Positions 50,806 to 64,000 of a stretch of DNA of 64,000 nucleotides are shown one piece after another. The position numbers and the translations under genes are program-made. Under the pieces are notes generated by a model that searched no databases, was not told the DNA's origin, and worked only from the letters and a program-made list of their open reading frames with translations. The stretch covers positions 16,492,001 to 16,556,000 of the forward strand of contig JBHGNT010000004.1 in NCBI GenBank assembly GCA_043228905.1. The letters run 5' to 3'. Numbering within the stretch: position 1 is the stretch's first letter; the number at the start of each line of letters is the position of its first letter. Source of the stretch: Azolla caroliniana. Its lineage: Eukaryota; Plantae; Polypodiophyta.

Positions 50806-52000
50806 TACGTATCCCGAATACATCATTGTTGGCTATATAAAAAAAACGATTCATTTAGTATACGCATATGTGGTCACTTATATACGTCTCTGATCGTATA
50901 TATGTGATATATTGACATATGTGTATATTTTAGATTACGTGATTCATATCAAATGTTTTCCTAATTGGGGAGAGGATTTTGGTGGCCGTCCTCACATTTT
51001 TGTGAGAATGGCGTTGTCACCATCCCTTTTATCAACAATTTTTATTGTTGAAATTCCCGTTGGTCACTTTGATATTTCGTTACGTAACGAACCTCGTATA
51101 GCCAAAATGATGTTGAATACGTCGGGCTTGATCCACATCAAGTAGGGTCGCTCTAATGACACACGTATCCAACATCTCCCCTCGTTACATGGATACGATG
51201 CCACCATGAGCTCGTTCTTACGAGTGGCATTCGTAATGACGTGACCATGTGATGGGCCACATGAGCCTACGAAGACACAAGGGCTCATTCGGCTTGACCA
51301 TTAGGTTACACTTTGGCATATGCCATCGTAATTACGAGGCTTGAGGTTAGGTAGCGTACAACCATAGTGGGTAATAAATGAGGGAGAAATAAGGCCACTT
51401 GACTTATATGTTTCTTTTAAACAAAAAGCATATAGGGGCAAATGCCTCGCATATCTCGAATACGCCTCAAACATTAAACATTCAAGACGCGCAATCTACT
51501 TGGTTGGCTCAAATGTTTAATGCATTTGTTCTCGAGGTCTCGAGTTCAAATATGACCAAGACCATATAACATCGTTGATACATATGACTATAATACATGT
51601 TTAGACTTTAGGTCTAAGTGCACTTCGGGGTCCTCGTAATAGGACTTAAAGAGCCGAAACCACATATGTGGGCACAGAAACATAGTTATTGTTAACATTT
51701 TTTTCGTGTATAAACTATTCATGACGCGAACATACATGGTTGAGCCTCGGGGAGCCGCCATGAAAAAAAATCGATATAGAGATCAGGGAAAGGCATTCAT
51801 TTGTCACCCCCATGGTTTTTAAAACACCTCTGTGTTACCATAGTAACCTGATCTTGAACCTCATCTCATACGTCTAGAGGGGTATTGACGTGAGATCATG
51901 ATATCGATTAATGTTTGCCCATGATATGTTTACACCACGACAAGATGTTATGACTATTTGTCTGACCTTATCTTATTTCTTTGCCAGAAATAATCATTCA

Positions 52001-55000
52001 ATGGCTCAGAATAACGACCCGATGCCCTCCGCTCAAGCGGAAAGAACTCAAGGAAATCCTCCTGGGCCAATGTCCATTGAGGCGTATATTTTACAAGTAC
52101 AACATTTCCTAAGTTCAACCGCGCAGCAGTTGACCGAATTTCGGCAATCTCAAAGTGCTCTCGAGGCATGAGTCATTAGTCTCCAAAATGAGATTAATAG
52201 ACCTGATGAGCGTCAGGGTGAACCATCATTTGTCGTAAAGCCATTTACGGGAGATAAAAAGGAAAGAACCGAAGAAGCAATCTGCACGTGGCTGGGCCGA
52301 TGGGAGTCTCATTTTGAGCTCTATCCCACGCCAGATAGTACGAAGATTGCATATGTCGGCCGAGAACTAGGGGGTAAGGCCGCCGCTTGGTGGCGTGGGC
52401 TCCGAACTTTGGGGAGATTGCCCGAGACCTGGACAGACTTTGTCACAGTTTTCAAGGGTCAATTTCTACAACCTCCCTCTCGAACCGAGGCAGCACAAGC
52501 CTTAATGAACCTCTCTAGCAGGAAGTTTTCCTCGCTAGAAGACTATGTCCACCATGCTAGAACCCAAATCCAAAAGTCGGGTCTAGAAGGGGACAATTGG
52601 TTAATAGCTTGTTTTGTCAATGGCATCCCCAATTCGGACTATCACTGGATAGTGCACGATAAGGATCCAAAATCCTTTGAAGAGGCCGTTGAGATAGTTC
52701 TTCGCTATCAACGCACTTCGAAGAAGGACCATAACAAACCCAACGAAGCGCCCGGGACTAAGCAGTCGCAATTCGTTGGGAAACGCAAGACACCCAACGA
52801 ATTCATGGATCGCGATTATAAGCGACAACATCCTTTTTGCGTATTCTGCAAAAAGAAGGGTCATACAAAAGAGCAATGTCGTAAGCTCCAACGAAAAGAG
52901 CACGACGCCAAACCTAAAGCTACAGACCATAAAGGTCAGATTCCTAATGTCCTTCAGGTCTATACACATCATTTGAGTAATTGTCAATGTTCTTTCCCTC
53001 ATTATGTATTGGGTCCCAATGATTTACTACGTGCAAACGGGTATATCAATGGATCTCCCGTACAATTTTTATTTGATTCGGGAAGCTCACACAATTTTGT
53101 GAATGATCGTTTGGTACAGATATGGGGAATCCAACCCACCGTAAGTGATCACACCTACACGGTGCACTTGGCTGATGGAAGAGTACAACACATCAACGGG
53201 GCGATTCATTCTTTAGGAATTTCTATTGATACCTATATAGAGGAAGTAGACTTCCATGTAATGAATCTTAGTACCACCGATGTAATACTGGGTTATCCCT
53301 GGTTTTATAATAAAAGCTCTTCTTTATTTATTGATTGGGTTCGCCATTCCATTTCTTTTGTACTCAACGATTGTACGCATTTTATTCAATGTGTAAAAAA
53401 ACAATCCCTCTCGATTGTTTCCTCGTGTCCATCAATATCCGAGTTGTCTTGTTCTACGTTATTTTATTGTGTACTTGATCCGGACATTCACGTTTACAAT
53501 ATCGATAATGTCTCGGGTCAATTAACATATTTTGAACAAAAACAACTTGATGAAATCGTAAACGATTTTCGTGATGTTTTTCCGAGTGAACTACCCGATG
53601 GTTTACCTCCTAAACGTAATATAGACCATCGTATAGATATTGTACCTGGCGTTGCACCCATTAGTATACCTCCGTATCGCCTAAGTCGATCTGAAGAGGA
53701 TGAGGTAGCTAAGCAACTTAAGGACTATTTACGAATGGGTTATATACGTTATAGTAAATCTCCATGGGGTGCACCAGTTCTCTTGGTTAAAAAGAAAGAG
53801 GGCACATGGCGTATGTGTATTAATTACCGACGCTTGAATAAAGTGACGATCAAGAATTCGTACCCATTGCCCCGGGCTGACGATCTAATTGACCGTCTCC
53901 AGGGAGCTCGGTATTTTACGAAACTTGATCTCCGTACTGGCTACCATCAAATACGAATAAGTGAGGACGATGTTCCTAAAACAGCATTTCGTACGCGCTA
54001 CGGCCATTATGAGTTTTTGGTTATGCCTTTTGGTTTGACCAATGCTCCGGCTACATTTCAACAAGAAATGAATGACATTTTCCGAGAACAACTTGGAAAA
54101 TTTGTCGTTATCTTCTTAGATGATATTTTAGTTTATAGCCGTACATTGCAAGAACATGCTAGACATGTCCGCTTTGTTTTACAAATATTGCGTGACAAAC
54201 AATTTTACGCGAAGATCTCAAAATGTGAGTTCTTCAAGAAATCAATTACTTATCTTGGACATCTCATAACCGAACGAGGAGTTGAAATTGATCCTTCTCG
54301 CATCGAGAAAATCAAGCTTTGGCCCACTCTTCGGAATATTCGAGAAGTTCGATCATTCCTTGGTTTTGTCGGATTTTTGCGAAAATCTCTTCGTAATTAC
54401 TCACAATTGACGACGCCGTTTACTGATCTTCTAAAAGGTCAAACGCGTAAGTCTACAAAACCTATTGTGTGGAATGCTACACTAGACCTCGCCTTTAAGG
54501 AACTCAAGGACTTGGTATGCAAGGCTCCTTCACTTCTTTTACCCGATCCTTCAAAACCTTTTGAGGTTGAAACCGACGCAAGCGATTATGCTATAGGTGT
54601 TGTCTTGTATCAAGATGGTAAACCAATAGCATTCGAGAGTAAGAAACTTGATTCTGCTCAATGTCGGTATACCGTTCAAGAAAAGGAATTATTTGCGGTT
54701 ATACATGCGCTCAAAACATGGCGCCATTATCTTTATGGAAATCGCTTTGTGGTAACTACGGACCACGAGTCCTTGAAATATTTTTGTGACCAACAAGACC
54801 TGAAAGGTCGTAAGGCACGATGGGCTGATCTCATCCAGGACTTTGATTTTTCCATACGATATCGTAAAGGTTCCATGAATACTGTCGCTGATGCACTAAG
54901 TCGCATCCGTGAAGTTAACATGCTTAGCTTCACTGAAATAACATCAGATCTTTATGATCACCTTCGAGGAAAGTATCCTGATGACAATTATTTTGCAAAA

Positions 55001-56434
55001 TACTGGGCAAGAGTCGAGTCTGGAACAGACACCACCACACCCTCGAAGGAATACTTCCACATTGCTAACGGTCTGCTCTACCGTAATGGGAAGGTTTGTG
55101 TTCCAGATTTGCCTGAGGTCAAAAAGAGAATTCTTTTTGAATGCCATGATGCACCCTCAGCAGGGCACCCTGGAATACATCGTACACTCGTTCTCATCTC
55201 CACTCAATTTTATTGGCCTAAGATGCGTCCTGACATACATAGCTATGTGACTAAATGTCACCAATGTCAGGTTAACAAAGCCGAGCGACTTAAAGCCGCA
55301 GGACTTTTACATCCCTTGGACATTCCCAATAATAAGTGGGAAAGTATATCCATGGATTTTATTGTTAGCCTTCCTCGCACCCAAAAAGGTCATGATGCCA
55401 TATGGGTTGTGGTTGACAGACTAACTAAAATGGCCAGATTTATTGCTACTAAAACCACGGTAACAGCTCCTGAATTGGCTTACCAATTCGTTGATGAGTT
55501 ATTTCGTTTTTACGGGTTACCGATGGATATCGTGAGTGACCGAGATCCGAAGTTTACTAGTGACTTCTGGACGCAAGTCTTTAAGAAGTTAGAAACTACG
55601 TTGAGCATGAGCTCCACGGATCATCCTCAATCCGATGGACAGACAGAACGAGTAAATCAAATTATTGAGGACATGCTTCGAGCATACGTTGGTGCAAAAC
55701 CAACAAAATGGGAACGTTACCTCCCAATTTTGGAATTTGCTTATAACAGCTCCAAGCATACGTCGACGGGATATAGTCCTTTTATGTTGATGTATGGATT
55801 TCAGCCACGAGCCCCGATTGATGTTAATATACATCATGATGAGTTGCGAAGTATGCAAAACTTTCTTCGGGATATGCAAGATATGTTGCATATTGCACGG
55901 GATAATATAAAAACAGCTCAAGATAGAGCGCGTTTTTATGCCGATCATCACAGGCAACCTCGTGTATTCAGCCCTGGACAGAAGGTATTTTTACGTGTAC
56001 CTCACAATTCTAAGACATTGTCTACGGGTAAGTGCGCTAAGTTAGCCCCACGGTTTTGTGGACCTTTTACAGTCCTCAAACGCATTGGATCATCAGCCTA
56101 TCGTCTCGCTCTTCCCGATGGTGTTGGAATCCATCCAGTCTTTCATGTAAGTCGTCTAAAAGAACTTCTAGGTTCTGGCGACAATACAGTTACAACTGAA
56201 ACTCTGGTTACTTCTGAAGATTTATCTTCTAAACCACATGTACCAGAAAGAATTCTCGATGTTAAAACAAAAAAATTACGTACTAAGGAAATCCGAGAAT
56301 TTAAAATAAAATGGATGGATAAATCAATCAAAGATGCCACATGGGAACGCGAAACGACTCTAACAACTAACTTTCCTAACTTTCCATTGCAAGAGTGCAA
56401 TGTTTTAAAGAGGGGGAGTATGTTACGGGCATGA
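52001..56434 (+). CDS. Single-frame gag-pol polyprotein (gag, CCHC, protease, RT, RNase H, integrase, chromodomain) with one premature TGA at 52169
   Basis: MAQNNDP start is in frame with the 1341-aa ORF; [37 protein letters not shown]...VSDRD...DGQTE, PERILD...IKW...DATWE. Confidence 0.95.
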
Positions 56435-57743
56435 CCATATAATATCCCGTGGTGAGAATTGTCGTAGTATTCTATACACGTGGATAAGTGTGAGGGTTAA
56501 ACAAAGAGTCTAAAGAAGGGGAGGATTACTTTTAATCCTCGGGATTGAGACAACCCATGAGGCCAAGTGTGAACATGGCTGGGGGCCTTGAGAATTACTA
56601 TAAATAAGAGGCCTAGCTACCCTCATTTCATCATGCATTGACTACGTCGAGACTCTGTCCGTAAGTGGAACGACTCTTGTAGCAAGCGCGCTATCATCCA
56701 GGTACGACTCGACGCCAAGGCGGTGGTATGGGACGCCGATCGAGGCTCGAGTCCGTCTCGATCCCTTCGCTCGGGGGTGGTCGGGTGGATCGACACCCTT
56801 CTTTCTCTCTTTTCTCTCTATTCTTTCTAGATCTATCATTGATATATCCTTATTTTATGCTTACTTTAGTACCTAATCTCTAATAGATCGTCCTCGGGTC
56901 GAGGTCGATTATCTAGCCGATAACGTTGCTCCTCAATTCAGTACTGGTTATCCTGGCGATAGCGATCTAGGTCAGGGTGCCAACCTTCGTCACGGTGATG
57001 CCGATCATCCTACCACAGCCGTTCGGCGTCCCTATTACTAGATGGAGGACCATCATCTTGTTGAGGGTGATCGTGACGTGGTTCAATCTGTCATATAGGA
57101 GTAGAGGTTGTACAATTAAGCATATTGTATTCACATTGCTCGACCATATGTACCCAAGAATGTCAGATCAGTAGTGTGGATGAAGGGGGAAATCCATGAC
57201 CGAGTGGCCGGAGTTCAAGCATGTTGTGCATTGAAGAGCCTGCCTAAACTAGGTTTCTTCTTGCATCCGCAAGGTGTTTTGGAGAGATCCCATCGAGAAA
57301 GAATTGCTATGGTGTGCTCTGTCCAAAGCTAAGACGGGAGCAACCATCTGCTCAATGGTCAACTGTGAAAATTTGGTCAAAGCAAGCATTGTTTGCAGAG
57401 GCTCCCGGAGTCCGGCAAGGAATGTGTCTTTTAAATGATTGGCTGACACATCTTGCTCGAGTTGCCAATAGAGATCTTGAAATCGGAGTGTGAACTGAGA
57501 AACCGTTTCATTCAATTCCTATGTAATCGTGTAGAACTGTGAAAAAATTCGAGGAAGCGGATGTGGACATCCTAGAATGTCGTGAACTCCCCCAGATCGT
57601 GGCGGGAGTACCACCATGAAGCGGGTCCATCGAGGGACAGTGTGAACTAAGTGATCTTGGATGCATCGACCTCTGCAAAGGTGATATCTCGACGGGATAC
57701 CTCCAAGCATGCAGATGTGGGCATGCGACCACACACTGCTCAA

Positions 57744-58450
57744 ATTTGGGCATGCTCTTCTCTTCCAGCATTGCCCAAGTCGCCTCCACAATCGACCGAT
57801 TCTTCCTTTCAGCCACACCATTTTGTTCCAGTGTGTATCTCAAACTGAATTCTTGCGGAATTCCCTTCTATTGCAAATAACTATTGAATTGGCCGGAAAA
57901 GTATTCTTTTCCGCCATCCGACCACAAGCACTTGATCTTTCTCTCTATTTCCCGTTCGACAAGGTTTTGAAGGTTCCAAAAACTGTCGAAGACTTCGCTT
58001 TTCTTCTCGATGAGATAGATCCACGTGTGTTGGTTGTAGTCGTCAAAGAAGGAGACGAAATATCAGCTCCCACCAAGACTAACGTTCTGTGCAGGTCCCC
58101 ATACATCCGAGTGTATCAAGTCAAGCTTGTTGCAACTCTAGTTTCTCTCAGTGGGGAACGGACGTCGATGTTGCTTCCCAAGCTGGCAGGCTTCACAAAT
58201 TTGGGTCTTACGGCCACAGAAGTTCGGCAATCCGAAAACCACCTATTTCAATTACAGATCTTGAAGCCTCTGATAGTTGACGTGGCCGATCCGCTTGTGC
58301 CATAAGTCAATATTTGACTCGACCTTTTGACCTTTGCAAATAAAGTGGTGCTGACGTCATTGGTGTTGAGGATGAACATCTTCCCGTCCCGACGGCTTTG
58401 CGCGATGACTTGGCCCTCTTCCTCGATGAAGCACCCGAGGTGCGTAAACC
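57744..58450 (-). pseudogene. copia GAG-pre-integrase and integrase fragment
   Basis: LWHKRIGHVNY and NGVAERKNRSIVE...SMPKF, fused by deletion to the gypsy gag; same strand and family as 17965-23365. Confidence 0.85.
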
Positions 58451-61065
58451 AGAAGCCTAGTATAGGTTAGACTACTAGGCAGTTATAGTCTCGTAGTTAG
58501 TGTCAGATACTCGTGTGAGCATTGAAGTACACCGTACTTCTAACAATCCCGTGTGGACTTGTATAAATAGCGTTGATGAGTGCGTTGTAGATACAGACAG
58601 AGAACACAGAGTATTCATATAATTTCGAAATATAGTGTGTCTTGCTCTCTCTCTCTCTCTTTCTGTGTGTCTCTCCCGTGTAATCTCTCTCTCTCTCTCT
58701 TTGTGTATTGTTCTTTCTAACACTTCCGCAAGCAATCTTTGACATGGTATCAGAGCGCGTGGGTTGAGAACCTCTACTGCAGACATCTACGCTTGTGAAG
58801 GAAACCCTAACAGATCAGAAAACAGACACAAAAAGGAGAAATGGATAGAGGTATGGCTACGTCACTCCCGGTGGAGAAGCTCGACAAAACCAACTACGCA
58901 TCTTGGTCATACAAGATGCACCAGTACCTGCTTGGGCATGGCTACTGGAGTTATGTCGACGGAGTGAACGACTCAGCACCGGAGACGACACACAAGGACT
59001 TCCCAGTGTGGGAACAGGCGGCAAGCAAGGTGATGTACTACTTCGCATCCAGTGTCGGTGACTAGCTGCTCAGCCATATCCGTGACGCCAAGACACCGAA
59101 GGATGCTTGGGGAAACTTGAAAAAGGTCTTCGCAGCAAGCACCACTACCCAAAAGCTGCAACTCAGACAGGAGTTGAGCAATGTTCGACAGAAGAACATG
59201 TCGGTGGCAGATTACACATACCGGATCAAAGGGATCTGTGACTCGCTTGCCTCTATTAACGTCACCGTAGAGGAAGACGAGATGGTGTAGGTCTGTCTTG
59301 GAGGCCTGGCATCCAAGTTCGGAGCTTTCCGGATTGCAGTTTGTACAAGGGAGAATACGCCCTCATTTTTCGACTTACAATCGATGCTCCTTGTAGAGGA
59401 GAACCACGCCGGTGCATCTACCAGTGCATCCCCAGACAGCTAGATGTTGTACACGGGAGCAAATCGGTCCCGTGGGCGTGGTGGACGAGGCAGGTCGGCA
59501 CGCAATGGAGGCAGCAGGGAAGAGTAGGAACGAAGGCACAGTGAACGTGCCGACGGCAGTTCCGGGACTTCCACAAGCAAGGGGAGTCAAGGTGGTGCCG
59601 GAGGCCGGCAAGACAAATCCGCTACGGAATGTTGGTACTGTGGCAAAAAGGGCCACAGGGAAAGTGAGTGCTGGAGAAAGCGTGCCAATTCGGACAAATC
59701 CGGATCCGGCAAGACCGGTAAGGAAGGCCGGCAAAACTTGCACTTCGCAAACAGATCGGGAGGATCCAAGAACGGTAAGGGGCCAGCCTTGGTGATGAAG
59801 CACAAGGCAAACTCAATGAAGAAGACCACTTCCAAATCGGAGGAAGTGTGGTACGTTGACTCCGGCGCATCGAACCACATGACGAGCCACGGGGAGTGGT
59901 TCTCCTTTTTGGAGAAGCCGGATCAACCGGGAGTTGTCGAAACCGGAGACGACACTCCCCACCCAATCGTGCACGTCGGAGAAGTCCCTTTGAGTCACGT
60001 CGGACAGAGGGGGAAGCTGATGAATGTATTACATGTTCTAATGATCACGAAGAACCTGGTGTTGGTCGGACAGATTGTCGACCAGGGGATGCAGGTGCGG
60101 TTTACGCACCTCGAGTGCTTCATTGAGGATGAGGGCGAAGTTATTGCGCAAGGGCGCAGAGATGGGAGGATGTTTATCCTCAACACCAATGACGTCGGCA
60201 CTGCACTGTTCGCCAAAGGACAGAAGGTCGAGTCGGATATCGACCTGTGGCACAAGCGGATCGGTCACGTCAACTACCGGAGGCTTCATGACCTGCAAAT
60301 GGAACAAGTCGTTTTCGGTTTGCCGAAGTTTAGCGGCCGAAGAGCCCAGATTTGTGAATCCTACCAACTTGGGAAGCAACATCGGCTTCCATTCCCCACC
60401 GAAAGAAATCGAAGCCGTAACAAGCTCGATCTTATCCATTCGGATGTGTGGGAACCGACACAAAATGTTAGCATTGGCGGGAGTCGATATTTCGTCTCCT
60501 TCATCGACGACTACACATGGCATACGTGGATCTACCTCATTGAGCGGAAGAGCGAAGTCTTCGAGTGTTTCTGGAGCCTCCAGAAGATGGTGGAACGGGA
60601 ATCGGAGAGGAAGATCAAATGCCTACAGTCGGATGGCGGAAAAGAGTACTTTTCCGGCCAATTCAACAGCTATCTACAACAAAAAGGAATTCGGCGAGAA
60701 TTCAGCTGCAAATACACACCGCAACAGAACGGTGTGGCCGAAAGGAAGAATCAGTCACTGATTGACGCGGCTAGGGCAATGCTAGAGGAAAAGAGCATGC
60801 CCAAGTTCTACTGGGCGGAGGCGGTCCAAACGGCCGGTTACATCCAGAACCGGATCGGGGACAAGGTCTCAGCTCACGAGCTATATTTCGGGCGCAAGCC
60901 GAATTTGAGACACCTCCAGATATTCGGTAGCATAGCCTATGTACATGTGCCGGATGAGAAGCGGAGAAAGCTGGATGCAAAATCGGAAAAATGCATCCTA
61001 GTCGGCTATGCTCAAGAGAAAAAGGGGTATAAGTGTTATAACCCCCGGACGAAGCAGGTCCAAGT
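58451..61065 (+). mobile_element. Ty1/copia element, 5' half (left-truncated LTR to 58744, gag, protease, integrase)
   Basis: PBS TGGTATCAGAGC at 58745; gag MDRGMATSLPVEKLD; ORF 59738-61123 with WYVDSGASNHM and INT; interrupted at 61066. Confidence 0.92.
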
Positions 61066-64000
61066 TGTTACCGGCCGGCAAAGGAGTCCAGAGTGTGAAA
61101 CGAAGGAGTTATTTAATTATTAAGGAATGGTTGTAAGTGAGCTATTAGTGTGGACGGACGGACCGGAATCGGTATGCCGTTCCGGATCCGGACCGATCCC
61201 GAACAGGTGCGGATGGCACCATTTTGTACTACAAACCGGAAACCTATTTAAAGGCCCGGATGCAATGTAATGTTCAGCGGATAATTAATGAAGCTTAGTG
61301 TTTTTATCTCTCTGTGTTAATTGTCGTTCTGCATTCATTGTTATATCTTATGCGTGTGATTATTAAGGACGATCTTGCTAAGTAACCTAATTAAGTCGGA
61401 TTAATCGTTGAGCCTAATCCTCTTGCCGTAACACCCCTTTGGTGAAGTGTCTTCCGTAGACACCCTGTGTTAGGCCATTGTCCGGCCCTAAGAGTTAACA
61501 TAGTTTTTGGCGACCACGATTCCTGTTTTTGCAGCGAACGATGGACTGAATGGATGACTAGATCAACGCACAACCTGGTTACAGATCGAACTCGACGCCT
61601 TGCCAAAAGGCAAAGGAGACTTGAGGCTTTCCAGCAAGCGGCGCAGGAAATTAGAGCGGATCGCTCGTTTTCCAACGTAATCCGGAGAGTAGTGGAGGAG
61701 TCCCTCTGGTTACAACAAACATCGCACTCGGACGACGACAGCAGCCTAAGCAGCCTCCGGGAAACCAAATCCCTTCTCCAGGCGTTTGCAAGCGGAGAAG
61801 GCGAAGCAGAAGCCTTTTCATCGTATGAATCAGATTCCGAAGGGGGATACAGCATGCACACGAACTACTGTAGCAGCAACGACACCTCGGGCGGACCGGA
61901 GGACGCAGGATTGGACACCTTACCGACACCGGAACCGGAAGTGCTAAGGCTGGAACCTCCAGAACCAAAAGCAGAGGAAGAGCGACCTCCAACACCGGAA
62001 GTCGAGGAGGAGAGGCCTATGTCACCAAAAGAAGAGGAAAGACCACCGACGCCGAAGAAAAACCAGGAACGACCACCAACACCACCAGCCCGTGCACTGA
62101 TACCGGACGACGACATGCCGTTCCAGTACTCCAAGTATAAAGATGATCCGGACGCGGAAGCTCATGTTCACACCTTTGAACAGACATGGGAAGCAAACCA
62201 TGTGTCCCAACGATTGACCCCGGAGGAAGAGGAACGCTCTAAGATAGCGGAATTTGGCGTCACATTGGAGGGACCGGCAGCAAGATGGCACCGGACGCAG
62301 GACCCATCTACCATCACCATCTTCGCAAATTTTAAAGCTAAATTCTTGCATTTTTTCCACAAGGAGGTGGACCAGACAGTAATGGTGGGCTTGTTTTATA
62401 CCATCCGACAGGAGGCAGGGGAGAGCATTCCCCAGTTTGTCATCCGGTTTCAACGGATGCATAGTTAGCTTGCCCGCGTAGCCCCGGAGGAGGAATTACG
62501 GACTATATTCCTAAATGCGCTCCGGGAACCCCTACGCACGGTTTGCACGGTAATTGACTTCCGCGCAAGTACCATCGACCAGGTCATTGACCGGGTGAGA
62601 GAGATGGAAAAGACAAGCTCCTGGCTCACACTGGGAGCACTCCAACGGGCGTTACCGTCCGATGAAGACCTCTGGTTTCGGCAAGCAATACAGTGCACAA
62701 CCTGCTTGAATTCCGGACACTCGGCACTAGAATGCACTATGAGGACGCAATGTGTAATCTGTCAATCCAAGGGCCATACGACGGATAGGTGCGAGTATAA
62801 TCTATTGAACCGGCAAGCACCGCCCGTCCGACAAAGAGAGCCACGCAGCAGCCGCGATGAAGAAGAGGAACGTTGGCGGCGAATGGACCGCGACCGACCG
62901 GCACAGGATGTCCGGTATGGCGATCGACGGGAGAATGATGTCTAGTACGGTGATCGGCGGGATAACTACGACCGGTACGATAGATATGATCGGTACCAGG
63001 ATTACAATAGACGATACGAACATTACGATCGGGAGCACTCCCCCGGGTATCGTCAGCAACGGGAGGAATACGGCAGATATAACGACCAACCTCGTCAAGA
63101 GTACCGCAATAAGAAGAACTATAACAAAAAATGGCATTTCAAAAAAGGCGGCCACCCACGAGATCCGGAACAAGGAGCTTCAAGCAACCAACCGGCCCAA
63201 AACCCCGCGCTTACCACAAGACCTGCCCCGAGTACAACAAACAATGCCGAATCCAGCAATACCCAGAAAGCCTACTGCTACTACTGCCGACAAGAAGGCC
63301 ATTATAGTAATCAATGCCCGGCGAAGAGCTATGACAAACGACCGACAGTAAATATGGTAATCCCTAAAGTGGCAGATCTGCAGCAGGTGACCACAAGGTC
63401 GAAGGGCATGGCCAAGGAATGGGAGACGCAGGAGACCATCCGGAAGCAAGTGACGGAATGGGTGAAGTAGCAAACGAGCAAAACGTAACAGACTTAAGAG
63501 CGGCAAAAGGAGAACACCGTAGGGCTTGCCGGCGGCAGTCACTCTGAGAACGAGACATGGCAGGCGTTGCAAGAATGCCAGATTACGCTGCCACTAGGAA
63601 GACTCCTACAGCTCGTGCCGAGATTCACGAAAGGGCTGAAGACAGCCATGACTGAAGGAGAATCATCACTGGCACCGGTACTCTTCTCGAATCCGGAGGG
63701 ACCAACGGTGGTGGACACCAACAGTCCGGTAATTACTGCCATTGTAAAAGGGAAAGAACTCCCCGGCACAGTAATAGACGGAGGCTCCGGTGTGAATGTC
63801 ATAAGCCTCCGGACGTGTGATGCCCTAGGAATCCACGAGTGGGAGCCGTGTTCGTTCTGGTTACGGATGGTCGATACAAGCTCAGTGCGGCCGACAAGAT
63901 TAATACGAAAATTAGAAGTCACCGTTGGCGGTCATACATTTCACATCTCGGCAGTAGTGCTACAATTACAGCCACAGGCGCGTACCTGCTATTGTTGGGG
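61066..64000 (+). mobile_element. tRNA-Arg-primed Ty3/gypsy element, 5' part (LTR 61066-61500, gag, protease); runs off the window
   Basis: TGTTA...TAACA; PBS TGGCGACCAC at 61508; gag ORF with EERPPTP repeats and three CCHC knuckles; protease VIDGGSGVN near 63775; some stops. Confidence 0.9.

Larger units (their letters stand above)
49834..56885 (+). mobile_element. Very young full-length chromovirus Ty3/gypsy LTR retrotransposon
   Basis: 465-bp LTRs 49834-50298 and 56421-56885, one mismatch by eye; TSD GATCG; PBS TGGTATCAGAGC at 50301; PPT AAAGAGGGGGAG at about 56407-56418; 1.7-kb 5' UTR. Confidence 0.98.
23366..57744 (-). mobile_element. Large fragmented Ty3/gypsy element of the Arg-primed lineage, host of five later insertions
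   Basis: 3' LTR 23366-23950 (TGTTATCT...AGATAGCA); extra ORF; INT 37150-38083; RT N-terminus, protease and gag 48015-49833; gag 56891-57744, homologous to the gag at 62400-62790. 5' LTR lost. Confidence 0.75.

Noticed and set aside
57744-60810. Inverted copia INT copies as a fold-back duplication
   Set aside because: Only roughly 80% alike by eye, with many synonymous differences, so they are separate subfamily insertions.

Overview
Gene-free, heterochromatin-type land-plant DNA made almost entirely of nested LTR retrotransposons. The element set and the many CGA>TGA, CAG>TAG and TGG>TAG lesions suggest a methylated, probably non-seed-plant genome (inference). I resolve two chromovirus Ty3/gypsy copies: an old one at 293-7630 and a very young, near-intact one at 49834-56885. 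There are five Ty1/copia elements, two tRNA-Trp-primed gypsy elements (Phygy/Selgy-like), two members of a tRNA-Arg-primed gypsy lineage, a non-autonomous partner of that lineage, a solo LTR, a LINE remnant and tandem repeats. 17965-58450 reconstructs as one four-level nest. No host gene or CRISPR array was found. Most interesting: (1) a tRNA-derived Pol III A-box/B-box module in the U3 of both Trp-primed LTR families; (2) a -1 frameshift signal (GGAUUUU plus pseudoknot) between protease and RT; (3) a conserved hairpin where the PPT should be in the Arg-primed lineage; (4) a roughly 1000-codon extra ORF after integrase; (5) an LTR-templated repair scar; (6) TG...TA LTR ends on a young element. 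All alignments and counts were done by eye.
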